A DNA stretch of 64,000 nucleotides from Eledone cirrhosa (Eukaryota): contig OZ024742.1 of the NCBI GenBank assembly GCA_964016885.1, positions 214,334,001 through 214,398,000 of the forward strand. The letters are read 5' to 3'. The notes under the pieces are model-generated. The model was not told where the DNA came from. It saw only the letters and a list, made by a program, of their open reading frames with translations, and made no database searches. Shown one piece after another: positions 53,821 to 64,000 of the stretch (its first letter is position 1; every line of letters starts with the position of its first letter). The translations under genes were made by a program, and so were the position numbers.

Positions 53821-54072
53821 AAACGAACGATATATACTTTATATCATTTCTATTTATTTCCTTATATATATTTCGAAGATGTAAAGTTTTATGTATAACA
53901 TAAAGAAAAACATGTCCTCCTCAGATAAAATATCAGGAAAAAAATTATACATTTTCTATGTATTTTATCTGAGGAGGACATGTTTTTCTTTATGTTATAC
54001 ATAAACCTTTACATCTTCCAGATACATATAATGAAATGAATAGAGATGATATAAAGTATATATAATTCGTTT
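53821..54072. repeat. ~110-bp inverted repeat (53821-53932 / 53961-54072)
   Basis: TTTATGTATAACATAAAGAAAAACATGTCCTCCTCAGATAAAATA and its exact reverse complement; the outer parts are imperfect. Confidence 0.9.
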
Positions 54073-54381
54073 TTTACTATTATCAGTGTTGGCTGATCAA
54101 GCAATCGAAAGTCTCTGGTGTAATCAGATGTAAGCACCTCACGATGTGGGTATTTTAATGTATTACCTATATGGTATCAGACGAAGTGTCTATATTATAA
54201 AAGATTATATACATTTATATATATTTTATATATATATATATACTCCTGCATGTTTCATACTTAAACCTAAATACCCGAGAGATGGCAACACATCAAATAA
54301 TAGTTACAGAACAACCGTGATTTCTTTGAAATAACAGGATGATTAAATTATCTGTATACGTGATACTGTCTCTCTTATTTT

Positions 54382-54450
<69 letters not shown>

Positions 54451-54491
54451 CGTGCGCGTGTGTGTGTGTGTGAGTGTGTGTGTGTGTGTGT

Positions 54492-54587
<96 letters not shown>

Positions 54588-57500
54588 GTATGCGTGTATG
54601 TTGTCTCGATTTACATTAGCCGGTTATTGGTATAGTAATTTCCGACAGATAAAGGGAGATAAATATAGCTGACCTCAGAAGGTAGGCCGGGAAACGTAAA
54701 TGTAGAAATCTGAAACCAAGCGATGAAACTCTTACTTTATACGTATTAAGTACGCTGTATACTGCGGAGTAATCACCTATAGTTAGACATACTACATTTA
54801 TTTACATACAATTAAAAATTATGTGACTGCAGTATTACATAATCATTTGCTATCTGCAGTATATCCATCAACGCATGATAAACTTTATCGACTTCTACGT
54901 CTGTGAAATGGCATATTGCATTCTGAAAGCAATAGAGAATATATCATTTTAAATAGATAAGACGTCTGCTTGAAAGTGAAAATGCCTTTGATCGAGGGCC
55001 AAAACTCTATCCCAGTCACCACTTTCCCTAGATTACATCTATTTCGCAGCACTTATTTCTTTTGAGCAATAACAGAGCCAACTGCGAATGGACAATCATT
55101 AAAACACTATTAATTTTAAATAAGAAAGTTGTAATCCTAAATTATCAATAAGAGAATCCATAAAATATGTCTTAAAACTAGTAAAGTATTTCACTTGCTA
55201 TGTTTTCTTCTCTTTTATATTTTATACGGTAATAGAAATGATAGAGCATTTTCGCAATCTCATAAACTTAACTAACGAATATTATGAAAACATTCTTTGA
55301 AATGTTAGCTAGTAGTAGGATTACATATATACATTAATTAATTCTTTCTGAGGTCCAGTATTATGGTATGACGGCTGGCATTCAGATTTTTGACGTAAAA
55401 CCGTACAATTGCTGCGTTAACTAATGAAAACGGAAGAGTCACCTTGTTTCGCAATCCATACCATTTTAAATCGCCAGCCATATTGTAATTAAAATGCTGC
55501 AATAATTAGCCTCGATTAAATCTTCATTAAATAGCGAAACAAATTTAGCTTCATATTCAATTTACTTTAGATCCATAAAGGAATTAAAAACATTTGAAGC
55601 ATTTTGTCTATTAATCTAGGTTACAAACATTACCTCCGATGTCACTATTGGTGTTATTTGTTTCTTTTTTCAAAATGTGATTGGTGGTATAATTATCGAA
55701 AATGATATCGAAATATTTCTTGCCCATCGCAAACATATGTATACAGTTGGGGGAAATAATTGAGGGGCACGACCAGAACTTGACTCATTTTATTATACTT
55801 ACTAAGGGGTCTACATGAGTTGATACGTCTATCAAGTTACTATTCTAAACAGGCATCACCTTTTTCAATTCTCCACAAATTCTTTCGTTGCAAAACATGA
55901 CACTTAATTACTATTCATATATTTAAAATGTTAATACATAATATTTAGTTAATTGTGTACACGAATTAAAAGTGATGCTTCTCGAAATACAATTCCGGAT
56001 GCTTTGCACAGATTAGTGAACCTTTTGCTTTTTGCTCGAGAACTTTTTATCTTCATGAACCACACATCCCCCTTACCACAATAATAAAAGTAAATTCGTT
56101 AATTCAAATAGAGGATATTACCTCATAGTGGGTGTTTGTAAATTACAACCATTTTTTTTTTTATCTCAATAATATTATACATAGGATACTGATAAAAAAG
56201 GAATCAAGATTTGCGCAGTTATCCTTCTACAATACTGCCCTTTAACATATTTATTGCATCGATAACAGAGTTGCCAATGCTGTTACTAGATGCTCTTTTA
56301 TAACAATTTCATTTAGATTCGTAGTTTCATATACATTTTGGAGGCATTTTGCAAAGAGCTGACTCTCGAAGAATTAACCGCATGCATTGAAGTGCAAAGA
56401 CGATTCCTTCATACTGTTTGATGTATTAATTTTACGTACATATTTCAGTATCTTTTTGTCAACGTCCAACACCACCACCGACACATATGTCTTACCGCTA
56501 TTTCTTTGTTATTACATAACATTTAATGTGTATCTTCTAAATATATTTTCCCCCATAGTTCTCCAGATTCAATTGACAGAGACCAAGCCCTCCAATATAT
56601 ACTTGGAGCTGTTTCTATATTTTCGGAGAACAATAATATTAAAACCAAAAATAATCATTAACATCTTACAAGAAAGCCTGTTAGAATGTCCAAATGGAAT
56701 AAGAATGAATTGACCTCTTAAATAAATCGCTCCGTACAATTGCACAACACCTATCTAGATGAGTAGTATCATATAAGTTGACTTTCAGCGTCGCTCAAAA
56801 TTCAGTCAAAATTCAGTTGGATGTGCGAAGATTTTTTTAACGATTTAATCTTAATAAATATGAGCCAAACGTCAATCATGTCAACATATTTGTCATTACT
56901 CATCAATACACTCGTATCAAATATTCAGATGATCAGATTGATTATGTCCGAACGATTGATTAATACATGAGAAAATGTTGGCTCCACCGAAGTGTGTTAC
57001 ATTGTTTAATGCCGATCCGTACACGACGCCTGTTCAAATAAGCTCTGAGTTCATTGATGGATGTTCCATCGTTGATTTCTACAGTGATACATTGAAAGCT
57101 AGGAATCAACGTATATCCGATTATTGAAGAAAAAAATCACAGCTCAAAAAGTATTTGGAATTCATTAAAAAAACGACATTGTTATACATTGTTATACATT
57201 GTTTCTACAAAACCCTTATTACTACATTCAATCCAGGAGCATTATGATATGAAGTGTAAGATTGGTATCTAGACATTAGCAACATATAAAGATAAGTTAC
57301 ACGAAGATGAAGGATTTAGCAGCATATAATAATTTGATTCTTTGTTTCTCATAAAAACAGATTTAACAAAAATCGTCTCATGTTACGTTTGAGGCAAGTC
57401 AGTTTAATGCAAAGAAATAATTGGGCACACAATTTTACATTTCACTGCTCCGTTTTATTTCTGTCAGTGGTTTCAGATTTATATGTTACTTAGTCGTGGA

Positions 57501-58132
57501 AGTCGTATACTCTGTGGTTTATATACAGGTGCAATAATCCTGCCAATAAATACAACCGATTTTAATAAGATTTTGCGATGTATTTCTCCATCTTTACAGA
57601 TATGACTTTATTTTAAAATTCAGATGACAGACGAAGTTCAGCAAGTTTCACCTTGTATCATGTGCTGATGGTTGGAGATCATAACCGATCGAAACATTTT
57701 CAGCTCAATCCTAACAGCTACTTTGGTTGTCAAAGTGGGCTATATAACCAGCGATAATTTACAAATATTATGATGATAAATTTCATACACCCTCAATCTC
57801 AAACAAGTGAATATGAACTAAGTAGTATCAGCTTAATCAATAGAACCGGATGCTATAGATTAATTCTAAAAGTGTGGGTAATTGATTTCCAAATTAGTCA
57901 TTCATTACAATATTTGCTACTGATAAATTGAAAATCATAATATTTCGAGGTAATTTAGCTTCCAACAGGGACAACTGGTTCGCAGAAAAGGATAACAAAG
58001 GTTCATTATTAAAGACAAACCGGCGTCTAATTTTACAAGTGAATTAAACATAAAGTGATTGAAATACCGTGTGACAGTGGAACTAATTCTCACTCTCTTT
58101 CTCCGTATATATATATATATATATATATATAT

Positions 58133-59703
58133 CTCGTTTCTGAATTTGTTTAGCAAGATTCTTTATCTGCAAACGTGTGTTGAAACTGATATTGTTATAC
58201 TTTGGGAGGGTCATGTTGCCAATAAGAAACACACTCACCAGTTGCTCTCACTTCAATTTATTATAAATTTTATAAATATAAATTTTATAAATTTCCGGTT
58301 GGTTGGTTGGTTGGTTGGTTCCACAACCGGATGGTTGCTTATATATTTTCAAAGTTCTTCCGTCACACATTCTGTGACATCTTCAGTGACTGGGAATTCT
58401 TTTCTTTGTTTTGTGCCTCTCCTTTGTTCTGTCCTACGCCATCTTGTTTTTGTGTGTGTTGTGTGCTTAGTTTGCGCATGTGTTACATCGAGGTGTCTAT
58501 GTGTGTTTTTATTTGTTTATTTATTTCTTTATTTACATGTTGCTAGTTAGTTGTTTGTTCTATGTGTGTGTTTTTATTTTGTCCTTAATTGTGAGTTGTG
58601 ATGTTGCTATTCCATTCATGTATTCTATTTAATTTTGGTTGGAGTTCATTTATGTTTATTGCCTCTGTGATTGCGTCTTTTCTGTGTGTAGATTCTATTT
58701 TTATCTCTATGTTCTCTATTTACCCTTATGTTCTATTTTAGCATATTGGTGGAGTATTGATGAGTCTTTTCTATATTGGAGTTTTCGCCAGTGTTCATTT
58801 AATCGTTATCCTATGCTACGAGCTATCTGACCTATGTACATTATATTCTTATTTCTACATTGTCCTTCAGTACATCTTATGCTATATACTATGTTTCTAG
58901 TTTTACAGTTAATATGTGGGCTTTGCTTACAGATCATGCATGTCTTATCTATACAGCGAGGTCTTTGAAAAGGGTATGTATTACTAATTAGTGTTTTGAT
59001 GGAGGTACCTGGTCTTTCCACTATCTTAATATTCAGTTTAAGTTTATCTAGGGCTCTTCTAAATGTGTAAGCTAGTTCACCTCTAGGGGTGGTATTGATG
59101 AACATTACACTCATGGTATTTATTGCTATCATACAATGAGTTTATTTTATTAACCTTATTCCTAGTTCTTTCTATCTATTCCAAAATTTGCTCCTATACA
59201 AGGGGCAGGTCATTATTTACCATTTTTCCCCATTTGGTTCTGGCTCCTCTATATACTCTGATTGTGTCTCTCTGATTATAGCCAGAGAACTGTATACGGT
59301 GGATGAAGTGTTGTATGTGTCTCTCTAATTCCTTGAGGTTGCACATGCGGGACACGTTCCTCATCACCCTTACTAAATCCGCAATTAGTATGTTGATTTT
59401 GGTGTGATCCGAAACCGCTGAGTTTCGGTGGATCAGGTATTTGGAAGTCATGGGTTTGGCATAATGAGAATGGAGATTTGTTTTTTGTTATTAATGGTTT
59501 CTAACCAGAGCTCTGTGTCTAGTACAGTTAATCGATGGTTGGGGTTTTTGCTTGGGTAGTCTATAGTAACTCTAATACTCTGGTGGATGGAGTTAGCTAT
59601 TTGCTGGATGCTTTCCAAGATGTTTTTCTCTAATTCCTGACTGTTCTCTAGTGGGGTGTTTCTACTACGAGGTCTATATCATCAACGTAGCGGGAATACA
59701 TAA
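58133..59703 (-). mobile_element. 5'-truncated Naiad-like PLE: RT C-half, thumb, GIY-YIG and 3' pLTR
   Basis: MYSRYVDDIDLV (~59665-59701); IANSIHQSIRVTIDYPS...VLD; HYAKPMTSKYLIHRNSAV; FSGY; SVMFINTTP; CIDKTCMIC; NIVY...YIG; LNRIHEWN with stop at ~58586. Frameshifts and stops are present. Confidence 0.9.
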
Positions 59704-61725
59704 TCAAACTCTCTGCCATTACATAGCTCACTCACTTTCACTGTCTTCATTCCTCTTCTCTCACTAGGCTAATCATCTCTCACCCACTCTCTATATCTCA
59801 GTACATGCAACACACTCTCTCACTATTCCCCTCTCTCACTAGACCACAAATTGATCTTCTCCTCTCAATATCCTACTACATACTTCGGCCTCACTCACTC
59901 TGCCACTAAATTCTCTCCCCTCTATTTATACTAAATACCCCACTCCCTTAATTTATCATCCCTCATTAAACCAACACATTATCACCAACTTTCTATATGC
60001 CACACATAATACATTCTCTCTCAAAATCCCCACTCTCTATAGTCCACTACATGCCTCACATTCTTTAACTCTTTGAATTCTCCCTTTCTCACTAGACCAC
60101 CAAATTCTCTCCCCTTCTTTATACTTCATGATAGACCTCACTCTCTCTCACTCTCACAATACCTCCTCTCAGAAAGTCCAATAATCTCTATCCCGTCCCT
60201 TTAATACACTACATACCTCACACTCTCTCACAATTTCCCGGCTCTCACTAGACAACCAAATTTTCTCCCCCTCTCTATATTCCACTACCTAATTATAGCT
60301 CTTTATATCTCATTTCATGCAACACACTCTCTCACAATTTTCTCTCTCTTAGTAGACCACCAAATTCTCTCAACCTCTTTATATCCCACTAAATAACTCA
60401 GTCTCTTTCACTCTCTTAATCCCCCCTCTCTCAATAGAACAACACACTCTCTCCCCCTCTCTATATCCCACTACATATCTCAAATACCCTCTCACTAAAC
60501 CAACAAATTCTCTCCTGCTCTCTATATTGCAAAGCTCAGCTCACTCACTCTCAGAATTACCCCTCTGTCACTAGACCACCAAATTCCCTACCCCTCTCTA
60601 TATTTCACTACATACGTCACTTTCACTCACAATTCTCCCTCTCCCACTACAACAACAACAAACTCTCTACCGCTCATTCTATACCACTACATAACTCACT
60701 CCCCTTCATTCCCTTAATTTCTCCTCTCACACCAATACTCTCCCGCTTTCTATATCGAACTACATACCTCACTCACTCTCAATCTCACACTACCCTCACT
60801 AGACCAATAAACTTTCCCTCTCTCTATAACCCACTACATATCTGACACTCCCACTCTCACTAGACCACCAAATTATATCATCCTCTTCATATTCCACTAC
60901 ATATCTCATTCTCATTCCCTCTATTAACTCCCCATCTCTCACTAGGCTACTAAACTCTCATGTCTCTCACTAGGCTAAAACTCTCAACTTTTTATATCCC
61001 ACTATATACCCCACTCTCTCGAACCCTCTATCTTTAAAACACCAAATTATCTCCCCATCCCCTCTCTATTCCACTACATAACTCATTCTCTTTCACTCTG
61101 TTAACTTCCCCTCTCCCAATAAAGCAACAAGTACTCTCCCGCTCTCTATATCCCACTACATAACTCTCTGCCGCTCACATTTCCCCCTTTCTCACTAGAA
61201 CACACAATTCTCTCTCCTTCTGTATATAATCCACTATTCATACCACTCTCTCTCACTAGGTCAACAATCTCTCTCCCCCACTGAATAGCCCACTACATAC
61301 CTCATATCCTCCCAACATACTCCTTCTCACACTTGACAAGCAAAGTTTCTCCACCTCTCTATATTCCACTACATGGCTCATTCATTTTCACTCTCTTAAT
61401 TCCCCCTCTCTCACTAACCCAACACATTCTCTCTTGCTCTCTATATACCTCACTCTAAATACCTCACTGGCACTCACAATTCCCCCTATCTTACTAGACC
61501 ACCACATTCTCTCCCACTCTTTATATTCCACTACATACTTCCCTCTCTTAATTTCCCATCTGATCTGTCACTAGGCTAATACACGTTCACCCTCTCTATA
61601 TCCTACTGTATATGTCACTCGCTCTCACAATTCCCCCTCTCTCACTAGACCACCAAATTCCTGCACCCATTCAATATCTCCCTACATGCCTCACTCGCTC
61701 TTACGATTCCTCTCTCTCACTGGTG
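59704..61725. repeat. Degenerate pyrimidine-rich tandem repeat, ~70-76 bp unit, roughly 25 copies
   Basis: Recurring CTCTCACTAGACCACCAAATTCTCTCCCCTCTCTATATTCCACTACATACCTCAC; the top strand is very poor in G. Confidence 0.9.
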
Positions 61726-62636
61726 AGATCTTTCTATATTTCGATGGTGTGCTTTTGTTGAATTATTTGAAAAGAATTAAAAATATGTGGTGGTGGAGTG
61801 TGGTGGTGGTTTGGTGGTGTTGGTAGTAGTGTGGTGGTAGTGGTAGTGGGTGAGGTGGTGGTAGTATGGTATTGTTGGTGGTGTTTGTTTATTTTGAATC
61901 TATCTATGTATATACTACTAAAAGTCTGTAATTTAATACAGCCAAAACAGCGCATAATGGGAAAATACTTTAAAAGGAAGTTGTTCCTGTGATGGGAATA
62001 CAATGGAATAAAACAAGTTTCGTGTACATCGGAGTACATGTTCCCTAGATATGGGGTTTTTCCGGGTACCTTCATAAATAGAGAAAGAGAAGGATAGAGA
62101 GAAAGAAAGGTTGTGATATTATATGCATATATTTATATACGTTTATATAATTAATTGTATATACACACACACAGACATATATATTTTTTATGTGTATTTG
62201 GTGTATACGTTCGTATCGCGCGGATTTACGCACATGTGCGTGTGTTTGTGCTTATGTGTATATGCATGTATGGCGTGTCTTTTCGCGCATGCTCGTGTAT
62301 GTATGTATATATTTAATTATTATTAATTTTATGATTTTATTAACCTCTGTCATTTTCGTTCTACTAATTTATTTACATTATTCTTAACTCCGAAGTCGAA
62401 AATCATTCGGTTTCCTAAATATAATATTAGTCTGAATACTCCATTTATACCATAAACGTGGTTTTGTCTTTGTGTGTATTTGTTCTCACCGCTTCATATA
62501 ACGACGTATTATCTTCGCTTTTTTCCGTTCAATGCCAGGGAACGTCTGTATGAACCAAAGTATTGTCTTCCTGTTTTCCTTCGGTTGCAAGGTTTTTTGA
62601 AACATTTATTTCTGCGTTCACAGATAGATTTTTTTT

Positions 62637-62686
62637 AGTTTCAGAAGATCCCGTTAAGGGTGAAAGCAGTGATCTTTGCTTAAACT
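62637..62686 (+). ncRNA. Hammerhead-like motif (core CAGAAGA, probably mutated)
   Basis: AGUUU-CAGAAGA-UCCC GUUAA GGGU-GAAA-GCAGUGAUCUUUGC-UU-AAACU, then AAUAAA. Its 3' half recurs inverted at 8830-8882. Confidence 0.55.
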
Positions 62687-62793
62687 TTCATCTGTTATTT
62701 TAATAAATATTTGCTCTAGGGTTCTTATATATTTGATATATATTTATCATTATCAAGCCCTCTTTGGATTTTAGTCGTCACTTTTATTATTAT

Positions 62794-62842
<49 letters not shown>

Positions 62843-62988
62843 AATAAAAATACTAGAGTGTGTTGGAGTTAAACACCCTCTTCGTATTATAGAAATGACA
62901 GTAAAGGTAGAGCTCGATGTAATTAAACAGTGCTGAAGAATTGTGAAAATAAACCAAAGAAGCCTTAAATACATCAAAAGTCTTTATT

Positions 62989-63027
62989 AGCCAACAATGT
63001 TTCGTCCTATTAAGGACTCATCAGGGC
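62989..63027 (-). ncRNA. Minimal hammerhead ribozyme with canonical core
   Basis: GCC-CUGAUGA-GUCCU UAAU AGGAC-GAAA-CAUUG-UU-GGC, then AAUAAA. Confidence 0.7.
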
Positions 63028-64000
63028 AATTAAAATTATAAGAAGCACTAATACAAGCCAAAAACTCAGAGGAATATGGAGTGTACATACAATAAAGCAT
63101 AGGAAAATTATCGGGTAAAAATTATCAAGTAAAAATTGCTAAGGAAGTGAATAACCATATTACAAATATAGTCCAATGCAAAAACTAAAGCTAAACAAAG
63201 GTGGTGATATAGAGCGGGAATTATTGTACTATATATAATATAATATAATATAATATAAAATAATATAATTGATAATGACAATAATAATAACAATATTAAA
63301 AGGCCCAATATACATACATATATATATACATATGTACACATATATACATATATATCAATACACATTTCCATCAATATAAGCACAAACTAACCCTTATTAA
63401 GAGTTTAAATATAAATAATAATAATAATAAGAAGAAGAATAAAAATAAAAATAGAAATGAAAATAAAAATATAATACATATATTATTCACAGTTTAAAAT
63501 GAAGAAGAAATGATTAAAAGTAAACATATAATCTATTATAATAAACTATATAATTATATAATTATATAATAGATAATCTCCGGTTAATTTGCACAAACAA
63601 TATAAATGTTACAATAATACTATAATAACAATATTTTAATATAATGGCATATAACTTAACTAATCATATAGAGTTACAGACCGGGTGAGAAAAAATATTG
63701 TACAGAACTATATTATGTTGGAAAAATTATGTTGGAAAAATATCAAAACCATTGCAAGAAAACAGATGGAGGTCACATTTCTCTACAATTGGTGTAAATA
63801 AATATTATCCAAACATTACAAAAATTATAAAAAATATTAACATATTACAGAATTTACAAAATTTAACATAACATAATGGTACATTTGATAATCGGTAAAT
63901 AATAAAGATCAGTAGTACGTTTACAAAGAGTGGAATGATATAAAAATGTCAATATAAAATATTGAACATAGTATAATATACATAATTACGTGGTTGGTGG

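Noticed and set aside
57660-57706. CUGAUGG...GAAACAUUUUC motif
   Set aside because: Core and stem I cannot both be satisfied; too degenerate.
59704-61725. CRISPR-like repeat-spacer array
   Set aside because: Whole units are degenerate tandem copies without unique spacers, the context is eukaryotic, and there are no cas genes.

Overview
AT-rich eukaryotic DNA with many microsatellites and no recognisable host protein-coding gene; most ORF-track entries are translated (TA)n/(CA)n/(GA)n tracts. The repeat content resembles a coleoid cephalopod, probably Octopus; this is an inference. Mobile elements include a near full-length decayed RTE-clade LINE (15.9-19.85 kb) and three tRNA-type SINE families. 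There is also a mariner split by a ~5 kb hAT-like insertion, a Helitron-like element and a ~2 kb pyrimidine-rich satellite. At least three distinct Penelope-like element (PLE) lineages are present, with GIY-YIG and/or RT remnants and inverted pseudo-LTRs. The most notable signal is about 13 manually identified type I hammerhead-ribozyme (HHR) motifs in 64 kb. They include canonical, U4C and compensatory U3-A8 core variants. Several sit in short non-coding 320-670 bp units bounded by terminal direct repeats (retrozyme-like), alongside many fold-back inverted repeats next to TA tracts. A conserved H-type pseudoknot is seen in two diverged RTE 5'UTR-type sequences. All RNA structures were folded by eye and need computational and biochemical confirmation.
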